64,000 nucleotides of DNA from Chloroflexota bacterium (GCA_034189695.1 JAXHUA010000141.1:3341-67340), one strand, 5' to 3'; shown: positions 12,504-23,103, numbered from the stretch's first letter. Notes: generated by a model not told the origin, from the letters alone. Numbers and translations are program-made.

Positions 12504-12639
12504 TTCTACCTCCTTTTTCTGTTTCTTCGACGATCCCCTGCGGTTCCTCTAAAGGCTGCTCGTTCTCTCATCCCCCCCTTATCTTCCAGACTGGTGGCTG
12601 CGACACACTACAGCCTCCCCTCGGCTCTCCGCCTCTTGG

Positions 12640-12840
12640 GCCGAAAGAAAACCCCGCCCCCATGAAGGGGCGGGGTTCATTTCCGCGGTGCCACCCTTCT
12701 TGACCCTCTCCCATATGCCGGAGGAAGGGAAAAGGCCATCTCATCAATCAGCTACAAAGGCAAAATCCTCTCTTTGCCCAACTATAGCCTGGACTCTGAT
12801 AACGGTGTCCCTCCGTCAAAGCCTACTCCCCCAACAGGGT
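12640..12840 (-). ncRNA. T-box riboswitch leader with terminator upstream of trpB2 (Trp-tRNA specifier inferred)
   Basis: On the minus strand AGGGUGGCACCGCG (plus-strand coordinates 12684-12697) is followed by the hairpin AACCCCGCCCC/GGGGCGGGGUU (12650-12677) and a U-tract (12642-12649). An AGAGA Stem-I element lies at about 12767. The 5' end is approximate. Confidence 0.65.
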
Positions 12841-13105
12841 TTCGGTTCACAGCTCCCAAGCCCATTCACCCTCTGCGCTGGCATCGGCTCACACCTAACC
12901 CGACTCTCTGAGCCTCGCTGAAGGGCTACTACTCCTGTTCATAGCCTTTGGTTATTCCTGTTCACCGCCGCACCTGGGTCCTGCCCCAGCCTGCGCGGCT
13001 ATGTTAATGAGCAAGTCGCTCGGATTCTACCACAGCCCCACAGCCCCGTCAATACCTGTAGTCCGACTGAGCCCTGTGACCCGCGAACGAGAGGCGGACT
13101 GTGTG

Positions 13106-13876
13106 CTACTCGGCGACGGAGTAGGAAGTCAGCTCGAAGACATCCGCCTCGTCCCAGTAGATGTCCTCGACCTTCTTCACCACGCCCTTGACGTCCGCAG
13201 AGAACCACTCCTCCAGTATGACGTCGCCGCCGCTGTAGGAGGTGACGATCTTGACACAACTGAAGGTCCCTGCCGCCACAGTGACGTCCTCCATGCCCTC
13301 AACCATGACCTCTATGTCGCCGCCCGCACTCAGCAGGCCACCGACATCGATATCCAGATTGCCAGTCCACTCGGCACCCTCGGTGAGAGGCCATTTCGCA
13401 GCAGCGTGCTCATACGTGCCTTCCAGCACAACCACGAGGTCCATTCCCATGGCGGTGATCCCGGTCTCCATCCCCACCATGTCCAGGTCGGCATCGACCA
13501 TCCTGGTCTGCGCCCCCTTCCACTCCGCGTCCAGGGCCATGCCGGACAGGCGCTCCTTGCGCATGATGTTGCTGAAGCTCACCTCCGTGGTGAAGCCATC
13601 TGCACTGGCATCCGTCACCGTCTCGGTGAACTCCGTTGTCTCGCCCTTGTAGGTCACGTCATAGACCCATTGATCGCCGACAGTCAGCGTCGGTGCCTCA
13701 CCACCGGCGGCTGGCTCGGTCGGTGTCGCCTCCTCGGTGGGTGTGGCCTCTTCGGTGGCCGTGGGGGTAGGCGTGGGCTCCTCATCCCCAGCCGGACAGC
13801 ACCCGATCGCGCCGCCCACGAGCAGACTGACCACCACTAGGACTACAATCCCCAATAAGAGCTTTCTGCAGGCCAT
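13106..13876 (-). CDS. hypothetical secreted/lipo-protein with Thr-Pro-Glu-rich linker
   Basis: N-terminal TM/signal peptide with Cys at the cleavage site; PTPTPTATEEATPTEEATPTE low-complexity linker; acidic beta-rich C-domain; no recognisable family. Confidence 0.5.
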   Translation of the reverse strand: MACRKLLLGIVVLVVVSLLVGGAIGCCPAGDEEPTPTPTATEEATPTEEATPTEPAAGGEAPTLTVGDQWVYDVTYKGETTEFTETVTDASADGFTTEVSFSNIMRKERLSGMALDAEWKGAQTRMVDADLDMVGMETGITAMGMDLVVVLEGTYEHAAAKWPLTEGAEWTGNLDIDVGGLLSAGGDIEVMVEGMEDVTVAAGTFSCVKIVTSYSGGDVILEEWFSADVKGVVKKVEDIYWDEADVFELTSYSVAE

Positions 13877-13939
13877 TGTCCCCCCTTTCGCTAGTTTTGA
13901 GCCATGTTAACCAAGTTTCTCCTCCTTTGTCAAGGCATT

Positions 13940-16900
13940 TCACCCTTGAGACGAAGGAGATTCGAGCCTCGCGAGGACAGCTTCAAGCGTACTGCGCCAC
14001 GTGGCGCCGAGACGCTTGAGGCTGAGGCGAAGCTGTGTCGTGCCCACCTTGATACCAGCGGTCTCCGGCACGAGTCCCTTCCCGATTCTGCCGCCGTCCG
14101 CCATCCGAACGACGATGTGGCCGTCCTCAGTGCCGACTGACTCGACTCCCGCTGCGGCAGCCAGCGCCTTGATCCTGACCGCATACAGCAGGTTCCTCAC
14201 CTGGGGCGGCAACGGTCCGAACCTGTCCGCAAGCTCGCCGGCCATTTCATCCACCGCAGGAGACACACATTCCACCAGCCTCTGATAGACGGATATGCGC
14301 ACGTCCAGGTCGGATATGTATGCCGCGGGGACATAGGCACGCAGCGGCAGGTCAATCGTCGGCGACAGCGATTCGGCCGGCTTCTTCACGACGCCGGTCT
14401 TCACCTCCTCCACAGCCTCCTGGAGAAGGCGGCCGTAGAGGTCGAAACCCACCGCGCCGATGTGCCCGCTCTGCTCCGCCCCCAGGATGTTGCCCGCCCC
14501 GCGTATCTCCAGATCCCTCATCGCGATGTGGAACCCGGCGCCCAGCTCGGTGGCGAGGAAGATGGTCTCCAGCCGTCTCCTGGCCTGCGGCGTGAGCCGC
14601 TTGCCTCTCTGATACAGGAAGTAGGCATACGCCCTGTTGGCGCTTCTCCCGACCCGCCCCCTCAACTGATAGAGCTGGGCCAGCCCGAGCCTGTCAGCAT
14701 CATTCACCATGAGCGTGTTCACATTCGGTATGTCCAGGCCCGATTCGATGATGGTAGTGGACAACAGAATGTCGACCTTTCCCTGCGAGAACTTGAGCAT
14801 TACTGATTCAAGCTGCTCCTCCGGCATCTGTCCATGGGCAATGGCGATCTCTGCCTCCGGCACGAGCTCGGCGACCTGAGAGGCAACACGGCCAATGCTG
14901 TGCACTCGATTGTGTACGAAGAAGACCTGCCCGCCCCGGTCCAGCTCGCGCAGAATCGCCTCCCTGATCAGGCGTTCGCTGTATTCGGCAACGTACGTCT
15001 TGATCGGCAGGCGCTCCTCCGGCGGGGTCTCCATCGTGCTCAGATCGCGCACGCCCGAAAGAGCCATGTGCAGAGTGCGGGGGATGGGGGTCGCCGTAAG
15101 GGTGAGCACATCCACCTCGGTCCGTATCTGCTTCAGATGCTCCTTGTGGGCCACCCCGAACCTCTGCTCCTCATCGACGATAACGAGCCCCAGGTTCTTG
15201 AAGCCGACGTCCTTTTGCAGCAGGCGGTGCGTGCCGATGACGATATCCGTTGTCCCCCGCTTGAGGCTCTCGATGACCTGGCGTTGCTCCGAATCGGAGC
15301 GGAAACGGCTCAGAACGTCCACGTTCACCGGGAATGCGCTGAGGCGCTCGTTGAAGGTCTGGAAGTGCTGCTGCGCCAGCACTGTGGTCGGCACCAGAAT
15401 GGCCACCTGAACGCCATCCATTACGGCTTTGAATGCCGCCCTCACCGCCAGCTCCGTCTTGCCGTAGCCGACATCGCCGCACACCAGCCTGTCCATCGGC
15501 TTTGGCCTCTCCATATCGCCCTTGATATCCAGTGTGGCCTTGACCTGGTCCGGCGTCTCCACGTGGGGGAATGCCGCCTCGAGCTCCTCCTGCCACGTGG
15601 TGTCCGGCGAGAAGGCGAAGCCCGCAAGTACCTCTCTGGCGGCGTAGAGAGAGAGCAATTCCTTCACCATCTCCCTGGCCGACTGCTTCACGCGCTGCTT
15701 CGCCCTGGCCCACTCCTGAGTGCCCAGCCGGCTGAGGGCCGGCGGCCCGGCGCCCCCTCCCACATAGCGCCTCACGCGGTCCACCTGGTCCGTTGGCACG
15801 TAGAGTCTGTCGCCGGCGGCGTATTCCAGGACCAGGTACTCTCTTTCCGCCTCGCCGGCGGTCCTCGTTCTCACGCCGGCGAACCTGCCGATCCCGTGTT
15901 CGATGTGCACCACGTAGTCTCCCACGGTCAACCCGGACAGGAATCCCGCCTTCTGCACTGCGTGGCGCCTGACGCGGCGCCTTCTCTTCATGAACCCGAA
16001 GAGCTCGGCGTCGGTAAAGAGCGCCGTCGAGTCCAGAACCCACCCCCGGTCCAGAGACCCCTCGACAAGCGAGACCGACCCGGCGGGGGGCAGTCCCTCC
16101 AGCCCGGGCGATGGCGGGGCGATGACGTCTGTCTCCTCCAGTAGCTCAGAGAGCCTCCTCGCCTGACGGGACACGATGATGACGCGTCGCCTTCTCTTGA
16201 GCATGTCATCGATATCATCGAGGAAGGCCCGGAGCTGTCCGCCGTAGGCGGGCGCCGGTCGGAATCCAACCAAGGGCTCGTCAGGCTCTTCCTGCCAGGG
16301 AAGGAGCGAGAGACGCCGTCTCGTCTTCTCGACGAGCTGCCGAAGCTCAGGCCATTCCAGATATGGGACCGGGAAGCCGTCGGGCAGCTCGCCCCGCCGG
16401 ACCTGCTCGCGCCGTATCTCCTCGGCCTGGGCACTCATCTCACCCAGAGCCTGTTCGATCTCGCCCGGCCGGTCGAGGACGACCAGGCTCTCCTCTGGCA
16501 GGTAGTGGAGCACACTGCCGCCGTCGAACAGCGGGACGTAGAACTCGGCCTCCTCCACGTGCTCGCCGTTGAGCAGCGCCTCGATGTCACGCTCAAATCT
16601 CGACCGCGTTTCAGCGCTGCACCCTGACAGGTCAAGACGGTCGAGCACTTCTGCTGCACGCGGGCCGGCGTTGGCGAGGACGAGCTCTCTTGGCGGGACT
16701 ATCACGACCGAGTCCACCAGCATCACCGAACGCTGGCTCGCCGGGTCAAACAGGCGAATGCTCTCAACGTCGTTGCCGAGAAGCTCAATCCGTGACGGCA
16801 ACTCGCTGGCCGGGGGATAGACATCGATGATGCCACCCCGCCGGCTGAAGCTCCCCGGCAGCTCAACCACGCTCTCCCACTCGTAGCCCATGCCGGTCCA

Positions 16901-17371
16901 CCTGGCCAGCAACTCCTCGGGGTCGATCGCCTCGCCTGTCGAGACCCGGTGACAGACCGATTCGAAGGCCGCAGGACTGGGCGTCCTGCGGGCGGCGGCA
17001 TGGGCTGAAACGACGACCAGGGGCGTGGACCCACCAGCCGCCAGAACCGAAAGCGTCCTTATCCGTTGCTGAGTGGTGTAGGGCACGGGCGAGAGACGCT
17101 CATAGGGCAGCGAGTCTGGCTCCGGGAAGAGCAGCACCGACTCCTCGTCCAGCCAGCATTCGAGCTGGTCCTGGAGATGCCTCGCCTCATGGGGATGGGG
17201 GGCTACCACCACCAGCGGCACATGCAGCGCACGATGGAGCGCCGCCAGAAGGAAGGGCCTGGCCGCTTCCGGCACCACCAGGCGGCGCTCCCGCCCCTGC
17301 CGGACCGCGTCGAGGAGGTCATGATAGGCGGTTATGTCGCTCAGTATGGAGAACAGCGGCCCCAGGTCCAC
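13940..17371 (-). CDS. mfd: transcription-repair coupling factor Mfd
   Basis: 1143 aa; UvrB-homology N-terminus, RNAP-interaction domain, and a superfamily-2 helicase with GDVGYGKTE Walker A and DEEQRFGV DExx box; TRG and C-terminal domains. Confidence 0.9.
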   Translation of the reverse strand: MDLGPLFSILSDITAYHDLLDAVRQGRERRLVVPEAARPFLLAALHRALHVPLVVVAPHPHEARHLQDQLECWLDEESVLLFPEPDSLPYERLSPVPYTTQQRIRTLSVLAAGGSTPLVVVSAHAAARRTPSPAAFESVCHRVSTGEAIDPEELLARWTGMGYEWESVVELPGSFSRRGGIIDVYPPASELPSRIELLGNDVESIRLFDPASQRSVMLVDSVVIVPPRELVLANAGPRAAEVLDRLDLSGCSAETRSRFERDIEALLNGEHVEEAEFYVPLFDGGSVLHYLPEESLVVLDRPGEIEQALGEMSAQAEEIRREQVRRGELPDGFPVPYLEWPELRQLVEKTRRRLSLLPWQEEPDEPLVGFRPAPAYGGQLRAFLDDIDDMLKRRRRVIIVSRQARRLSELLEETDVIAPPSPGLEGLPPAGSVSLVEGSLDRGWVLDSTALFTDAELFGFMKRRRRVRRHAVQKAGFLSGLTVGDYVVHIEHGIGRFAGVRTRTAGEAEREYLVLEYAAGDRLYVPTDQVDRVRRYVGGGAGPPALSRLGTQEWARAKQRVKQSAREMVKELLSLYAAREVLAGFAFSPDTTWQEELEAAFPHVETPDQVKATLDIKGDMERPKPMDRLVCGDVGYGKTELAVRAAFKAVMDGVQVAILVPTTVLAQQHFQTFNERLSAFPVNVDVLSRFRSDSEQRQVIESLKRGTTDIVIGTHRLLQKDVGFKNLGLVIVDEEQRFGVAHKEHLKQIRTEVDVLTLTATPIPRTLHMALSGVRDLSTMETPPEERLPIKTYVAEYSERLIREAILRELDRGGQVFFVHNRVHSIGRVASQVAELVPEAEIAIAHGQMPEEQLESVMLKFSQGKVDILLSTTIIESGLDIPNVNTLMVNDADRLGLAQLYQLRGRVGRSANRAYAYFLYQRGKRLTPQARRRLETIFLATELGAGFHIAMRDLEIRGAGNILGAEQSGHIGAVGFDLYGRLLQEAVEEVKTGVVKKPAESLSPTIDLPLRAYVPAAYISDLDVRISVYQRLVECVSPAVDEMAGELADRFGPLPPQVRNLLYAVRIKALAAAAGVESVGTEDGHIVVRMADGGRIGKGLVPETAGIKVGTTQLRLSLKRLGATWRSTLEAVLARLESPSSQG

Positions 17372-17565
17372 ACAAACACCTCCAGGGCTAGCCGCTCCAG
17401 ACTAGCCCCGCCCCGATTCTAGCACTGGGCCCCCCTCCAGGCAATTCGAACGGCCCCCCAACGACCCACACACCTTCACCTTCCCTTCACCCTCACCCCT
17501 TCGCCGCGCGAGACCCGCAAGGGAGTGGGTGATAGAGGCGTCCCCTGCCCCGGGCGCGCGTTTGC

Positions 17566-17594
17566 TTGTTGCGCCCATGCCTAGCTGCTATAAT
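17566..17594 (+). promoter_or_regulatory. sigma-70 promoter for proBA (TTGTTG-17-TATAAT)
   Basis: -35 TTGTTG at 17566-71, a 17-nt spacer, and -10 TATAAT at 17589-94; the RBS GAAGGGGAGG precedes the ATG at 17613. Confidence 0.55.
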
Positions 17595-17612
17595 CTCGGC
17601 GAAGGGGAGGCC

Positions 17613-18722
17613 ATGGGCTACCGCCGCATAATCGCCAAGTTCGGAACCAACCTGCTCACCGCCGGCACCGACCGTCTCGACCTTGAGGTCATGGCCTCGC
17701 TGGTGGGCCAGGTGGCGCGCCTGCACCAGCGTGGGCTGGAGGTCATGATTGTCACCTCGGGCGCCGTCGCCGCGGGGCGGCAGAAGCTGGGCATGCCCAG
17801 GGTTGGCAAGGACGTGCCCACACGCCAGGTCATGGCCGCCGTAGGGCAGAACGCCCTAATACAGTCCTACGAGCAGCTTTTCGCCTGGCACGGCATCCAC
17901 GTCGCCCAGACGCTCCTAACCAAGCACGACCTCGCCGACCGCCTGGGCTATCTCAACGCGCGAAACACCCTGCTCGCCCTTCTCGAGCTCCGCGTCGTGC
18001 CCATCGTCAACGAGAACGATGTCGTCTGGGTCGACGAGCTTGAAGGAGCACACTTCGGGGACAACGACAACCTTTCGGCTATGGTAGCCAACCTGGTGGA
18101 CGCCGACCTGCTGGTGCTGCTCGGCGATGTGGCCGGCCTTTTCACCGCCGACCCGGGCAAAGACGCCGCTGCCAAGCTCATCAGCCGTGTCGACAAGATC
18201 GTGGCGGGGATTGAGCGCATCGCCGGCGGGACTCGTGGCAAGGGGATCGGCGGCATGGTGACCAAGGTCCAGGCCGCCAAGCTGGCCACGGCCTCGGGCA
18301 CCACAGTGGTTATCGCCGAAGGCCGCGACCCGGACGTGCTCCTGCGATTGGTGGACGGCGAAGCGCTGGGCACGCTCTTCGCGCCAGCTACGAGCAGAAT
18401 GGAGAGCAAGAAGCGCTTCCTGCGGGCCGGGCTGGCGGCCAAGGGCAAGCTGGTAGTCGATGACGGAGCGGTCACCGCGCTGGTCGAGCAGAACAAGAGC
18501 CTTCTCCCGGCAGGCGTCAAGGAGGTGGAGGGTTCTTTCAAGCGCGGCGACGCGGTGAACATCGTCACCGCCGAAGGGAAGAACATCGCTCGTGGCATAT
18601 CCAACTACTCCTCGTCCGATGTCGCCAGGATCAGAGGGGCCCGCTCGGACAAGATCGAGCAGCTCCTCGGGTACGGATACGGCGAGGAGGTAGTGCACCG
18701 CAACAACCTGGTTGTGTTGTAG
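17613..18722 (+). CDS. proB: glutamate 5-kinase with PUA domain
   Basis: IIAKFGTNLL...VTSGAV amino-acid-kinase fold plus a C-terminal PUA domain. The ORF tool starts at 17529, but the start with an RBS is 17613. Confidence 0.85.
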   Translation: MGYRRIIAKFGTNLLTAGTDRLDLEVMASLVGQVARLHQRGLEVMIVTSGAVAAGRQKLGMPRVGKDVPTRQVMAAVGQNALIQSYEQLFAWHGIHVAQTLLTKHDLADRLGYLNARNTLLALLELRVVPIVNENDVVWVDELEGAHFGDNDNLSAMVANLVDADLLVLLGDVAGLFTADPGKDAAAKLISRVDKIVAGIERIAGGTRGKGIGGMVTKVQAAKLATASGTTVVIAEGRDPDVLLRLVDGEALGTLFAPATSRMESKKRFLRAGLAAKGKLVVDDGAVTALVEQNKSLLPAGVKEVEGSFKRGDAVNIVTAEGKNIARGISNYSSSDVARIRGARSDKIEQLLGYGYGEEVVHRNNLVVL

Positions 18723-18735
18723 CAGGAGGGACGAC

Positions 18736-20001
18736 ATGACAGCAACCGCAGAGGAGCTTGAGGGCAAGGCGAAGGCAGCCAAGGCCGCGTCGCGCAAGCT
18801 GGCGCACATGGCCTCGGACGTCAAGAACCGGGCGTTGCTCAAGATGGCCGACGCCCTGGTGTCGCGGGAGAAGGAGATACTCGACGCCAATCGCCTCGAC
18901 TGCGAGGCGGCGAGGGCGGCGGGCATGGACGCCGCCATGCTGGACCGGCTGCTCCTCGATGCCGGCCGCCTCGCGGCCATCGCGTCGGACGTGCGCACCG
19001 TGGCCGCTTTGCCTGACCCGATAGGGGAGGCGTTCGATACCAGGACGCTGCCAAACGGGATGCGCATCGAGAGGAGACGGGTACCTCTGGGCGTCATCGG
19101 CGTCATCTACGAGAGCCGGCCCAACGTCACCGTGGACATATCCTCGCTATGCCTCAAGTCGGGCAACGCGGTCATCCTCCGGGGCGGCAAAGAGGCGCTC
19201 CACTCCAACAGCGCCCTCGCCCGCGTGATACGCGAGTCCATCCAGGAGGCAGGTATCCCTCAGGACGCGGTGCAGTTCATCGAGTCGACCGAGCGAGAGC
19301 TGGTGAGCCAGATGCTCAAGATGAACCACGTCATCGACCTGATAATCCCGCGCGGTGGCGAGGGGCTCGTCAGCTTCGTGACTCAGAACGCCACCATGGC
19401 GGTGCTGGCCAGCGGCGTGGGAATCTGCCACACGTATGTGGATGAGTCCGCCGACCTGCGAAAAGCCGTTCCCATCGCCTTCAACGCCAAGGTCCAGCGG
19501 CCCACCGTGTGTAATGCGCTGGACTGCCTGCTGGTGCACAGCGCGGTGGCCGGTGACTACCTGCCAATGATCGCCACGGAGTGGCAGAAGGCAGGCGTCG
19601 AGATGCACTGCGATGAGCGATCGCGGAAGGTGCTGTCCTCCTACAACCCGGTCGCCGCGACCGACGCCGACTGGGGCAAGGAGTTCCTGGCGCTCATTGC
19701 AGCGGTGAAGGTAGTCGATTCCCTCGACGAGGCGCTGGAGCACATCGAGCGCTACAGCTCAGGGCATTCCGAGGCCATAATCACCGAGGACTACACTGCG
19801 GCGATGCGCTTTCTGGAGGAGGTCGACGCTTCGTGCGTGTACGTCAATGCCAGCACGCGCTTCACCGATGGGGGGCAGTTCGGGCTGGGAGCCGAGGTGG
19901 GCATAAGCACCAACAAGTTTCACGCACGCGGCCCGATGGGGTTGAAGGAGCTGACGACCTACAAGTGGGTCATCATGGGGAGCGGCCAGGTCAGACCCTA
20001 G
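18736..20001 (+). CDS. proA: gamma-glutamyl phosphate reductase
   Basis: Aldehyde dehydrogenase-fold ProA signature (VIYESRPNVTVD, catalytic Cys in the VCNALDCLLVH region); operonic with proB. Confidence 0.85.
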   Translation: MTATAEELEGKAKAAKAASRKLAHMASDVKNRALLKMADALVSREKEILDANRLDCEAARAAGMDAAMLDRLLLDAGRLAAIASDVRTVAALPDPIGEAFDTRTLPNGMRIERRRVPLGVIGVIYESRPNVTVDISSLCLKSGNAVILRGGKEALHSNSALARVIRESIQEAGIPQDAVQFIESTERELVSQMLKMNHVIDLIIPRGGEGLVSFVTQNATMAVLASGVGICHTYVDESADLRKAVPIAFNAKVQRPTVCNALDCLLVHSAVAGDYLPMIATEWQKAGVEMHCDERSRKVLSSYNPVAATDADWGKEFLALIAAVKVVDSLDEALEHIERYSSGHSEAIITEDYTAAMRFLEEVDASCVYVNASTRFTDGGQFGLGAEVGISTNKFHARGPMGLKELTTYKWVIMGSGQVRP

Positions 20002-20942
20002 CGCTTCCTCGCCACGAGGGCGCGTACCTCTTTCTGGATCCCCTCCGCCGTGAGGCCATGCTGCTGCAGCAGCTCCTCCGACTTCGCCGACGGCGAGTAT
20101 GAGTTCTGCACCGTGACGAATGACATGGGCACCGGATGGTGCATGGCTACCACCTGGGCCACGGCACTTCCCAGCCCACCACGGAGAAGGTGCTCCTCAG
20201 CGCACAGTATGGCCCCCGTTTCCCTGGCTGCCCTGACGATCGACTCCTCGTCGAGCGGCTTGACCGTCGACACGTTGAGGACGCGCAGGTCGATGCCCTC
20301 CTTCGCCAGGGCGTCAGCGGCGACGAGCGCCCGGTGCACCATGATGCCGCAGGCTGCAACCGTGGCGTCCCATCCACCTCTCATGGCCACTGCTTTTCCC
20401 AGCACGAAGCGGTAGTGACTATCGCAGACGACGGGCGTTTTCGGCCGTGACAGCCTGATGTAGAAGGGCCCGGCTGTGGCGGCGGCGGTGCTCACCACCT
20501 GGACCGTCTCGGCGGCATCCGCCGGGACGACAACGGCGAGGCTGGGAAAGGACGTGTACAGCGCCAGGTCCTCGATGCAGTGATGGGAGAAACCATCTTC
20601 CCCCACGGTTATGCCGCCGTGAGTGGCGACTATCTTGACATTCGACCGGGGCTGCGCGATGCACATGCGCACCTGGTCATAGCAGCGGGCCGAAGCGAAG
20701 ACGGCGAAGGTGCTGGCGAAGACCGTCTTCCCCGACGCGGCAAGGCCGGCGGCGATTCCCATCATGTTCTGCTCGGCTATGCCGCAGTCGAAGAACCGTT
20801 CGGGGAACTGTTTGGCGAAGAGGTGGGTAAAGGTGGACCGGGAGAGGTCGGCATCCAGCACGACGATATTCTCGTTCTCCCGACCCAGCTCGACGAGGGT
20901 CTTGCCATAGGCCTCCCTCGTGGACATGCCGGCGGCCATCAC
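19998..20942 (-). CDS. tktB: transketolase, C-terminal (pyrimidine-binding/C-domain) subunit
   Basis: MSTREAYGKTLVELG...DLSRST...FFDCGIAEQNMMGIAAGLAASG is typical of a split-transketolase B subunit. Confidence 0.85.
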   Translation of the reverse strand: MMAAGMSTREAYGKTLVELGRENENIVVLDADLSRSTFTHLFAKQFPERFFDCGIAEQNMMGIAAGLAASGKTVFASTFAVFASARCYDQVRMCIAQPRSNVKIVATHGGITVGEDGFSHHCIEDLALYTSFPSLAVVVPADAAETVQVVSTAAATAGPFYIRLSRPKTPVVCDSHYRFVLGKAVAMRGGWDATVAACGIMVHRALVAADALAKEGIDLRVLNVSTVKPLDEESIVRAARETGAILCAEEHLLRGGLGSAVAQVVAMHHPVPMSFVTVQNSYSPSAKSEELLQQHGLTAEGIQKEVRALVARKR

Positions 20943-21853
20943 GCCAGCTCCTTGAGGGCACGTTCGGCCTCCTCAGCGGTGGGCGCCTTGCCGTGAAAGT
21001 CCAGGTTGTTCTCCATGAAGCTGACCCCTTTGCCCTTCACGGTACGGGCGACTATGGCCGTCGGCTTCGTCTTCACCGTCCGCGCCTCCTCAAGGGCGGC
21101 CAATACTTGCTTCAGGTCGTGGCCGTCCACCTCCAGCACGTGCCACCCGAAGGAACTCCATTTCTCGGCCAGGGGCTCGGTACTCATAATCTCGTGGGTC
21201 CAGCCATCGATCTGCTGGCCGTTGCGGTCGACAATGGCGACCAGGTTGTCGACCTTGAAGTGGGCCGCGGCCATCGCCGCCTCCCACACCTGGCCCTCCT
21301 CACACTCCCCGTCGCCGAGGACGACGTACACGCGGTAGTCCCGCCGGTCAAGGCGGGCGGCCAGAGCGATGCCAACGGCGAAGGAGAGCCCCTGCCCCAG
21401 CGAGCCAGAGGACATCTCGACTCCCGGGGTAACGCACATGTTCGTGTGGCCATGGAGGCGACTGTTCAGCGACCTGAGGGTCAGCAGTTCCTCCGTGGGG
21501 AAGTAGCCGGCCTCGGCGAGGGCGGCATACAGCAGCGGTGCGGCATGTCCCTTGCTGAGGACGAAGCGGTCCCGGTCAGGCCACCGTGGATTCGACGGGT
21601 CGTAGCGAAGGTGGTTGAAGTAGAGCGCAGTGACAATCTCCACTGAGGACAGTGAGCCACCCGGGTGGCCGCTGCCCGCCTTGGCCGTCATGCGGATGAT
21701 GTGGCGGCGCAGTCTCTTGGCCATGTCCGTCATCTGTTCAACCGACAGGGCCGGCCCCACCCTCTCAGAATGATTAGCCCCGGCTGCGACACGCGAAGCC
21801 GAGGCTGAAATGCGTCCTGTTTCCTTATTCAATCTCTCCTTTGACACAGGCAA
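20939..21853 (-). CDS. tktA: transketolase, N-terminal (TPP-binding) subunit
   Basis: GSGHPGGSLSSVEIVTALYF and GDGECEEGQVWEA motifs. The start is uncertain: TTG at 21853 or ATG at 21733. Confidence 0.8.
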   Translation of the reverse strand: MPVSKERLNKETGRISASASRVAAGANHSERVGPALSVEQMTDMAKRLRRHIIRMTAKAGSGHPGGSLSSVEIVTALYFNHLRYDPSNPRWPDRDRFVLSKGHAAPLLYAALAEAGYFPTEELLTLRSLNSRLHGHTNMCVTPGVEMSSGSLGQGLSFAVGIALAARLDRRDYRVYVVLGDGECEEGQVWEAAMAAAHFKVDNLVAIVDRNGQQIDGWTHEIMSTEPLAEKWSSFGWHVLEVDGHDLKQVLAALEEARTVKTKPTAIVARTVKGKGVSFMENNLDFHGKAPTAEEAERALKELA

Positions 21854-22161
21854 TTCGCCACCCCTTGTGCTCAGGTCTTATTATACGGGAAGCCCCCTCC
21901 ACTGTCCAGAATGGCCCTCGCGTGACATGGTCGTCGATGCTCAGGCAGGAGCCGGTTGACAGCGACGCTCTGGTCCGCCCGTCACCCGAAGCCAAGGCCA
22001 AAAGGTCAGTCCGCTATGCGGTAACGTGTCCCGGTGAGAGGAATGCCGCGTTGCGCCCACGAGTGAAGGGATGGTTGCCCCCGAAGGTACTACATTCCTA
22101 ATATCATAGCCAAAGGGCTCGTGTCAAGAGCCCGACAGTCTACCGGCAAATCTACCGGCCG

Positions 22162-23103
22162 ATGGCCGCCCCCGTCGCCCCATCCCCGCACACGCCCGGC
22201 ATCGCCAACGCGGCCACGGAATGCTGCTTGACCAAGGGCGTCATAGCCCCTAAAATCCGGCTTGTGATTGTCGATTTCCATACGCACATCGTGCCACCGT
22301 GGATCAAGGAGCGCCGACAGGACTATCTCGGTCGTGACGCGCTGTTCGACCACCTGTACGCCAATCCCAAGGCGAAGCTGGCGACTGCCGAGGACCTGGT
22401 GACCAGCATGGACGAGGAGAGCATAGACGTCTCGGTGGCCCTGAACCTGGGCTGGATCAGCCACGAGCTGTGCGTGGAGACCAACGACTACATTATGGAG
22501 GCGATTGCCCGCCATCCCAGGCGCCTGGTGGGGTTCGGCGCGGTCCAGCCGACCGCCGGCGACGCCGCTGTCGCCGAGGTGGAGCGCTGCGCCAGCGGAG
22601 GCCTGAAGGGCATCGGCGAGCTTCGCCCCGATGTCCAGGGGTTTGACCCCGGAGATGAAGCGCTCATGGCTCCGCTCGTCGAGATGGCCGCTCGCCACGA
22701 CATGATCCTGCTCACCCACGCGTCAGAGCCCGTGGGCCATCAGTATGCCGGCAAGGGGGAGGTCACGCCGGACGTGCTGTACAGGTTCATCACCCGCTTT
22801 CCGCAGCTTCCTTTCGTGTGCGCGCACTGGGGTGGGGGCCTGCCCTTCTACGCCCTCATGCCGGAGGTGGCAGCCGCTCTGAAGAATGTCTACTTCGACA
22901 CGGCCGCCACTCCCTTCCTTTACAGACCGGACATTTTCCGATACGTTGCCGACATCGCCGGCGTGGACAAGGTCCTCTTTGGCACCGACTACCCACTGAT
23001 GCGCCAGAGCCGGGTCATGGACCAGGTGCGTTCAGTCGGCATGGGAGAGAAGGCTGAAGGCCTGATTCTCGGGGGCAACGCCAGGCGGCTTCTGGGGGTG
23101 TGA
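22162..23103 (+). CDS. amidohydrolase-2 family (TIM-barrel metal-dependent hydrolase)
   Basis: VIVDFHTHIVPP...HxH/D metal ligands (HASEP, CAHWGGG...D). The true start is probably an internal TTG/GTG near 22231-22267. Confidence 0.65.
   Translation: MAAPVAPSPHTPGIANAATECCLTKGVIAPKIRLVIVDFHTHIVPPWIKERRQDYLGRDALFDHLYANPKAKLATAEDLVTSMDEESIDVSVALNLGWISHELCVETNDYIMEAIARHPRRLVGFGAVQPTAGDAAVAEVERCASGGLKGIGELRPDVQGFDPGDEALMAPLVEMAARHDMILLTHASEPVGHQYAGKGEVTPDVLYRFITRFPQLPFVCAHWGGGLPFYALMPEVAAALKNVYFDTAATPFLYRPDIFRYVADIAGVDKVLFGTDYPLMRQSRVMDQVRSVGMGEKAEGLILGGNARRLLGV

Noticed and set aside
14834-16144. 436-aa plus-strand ORF inside mfd, and similar long antisense ORFs (8465-9394, 17916-19106, 13001-13840, 56663-57745, 58868-60394, 40840-41508, 41530-43146)
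   Set aside because: All lie antisense to or out of frame with strongly supported genes, have Arg/Pro/Gly-biased low-complexity composition, and lack RBSs. They are expected shadow ORFs in 63% GC DNA.
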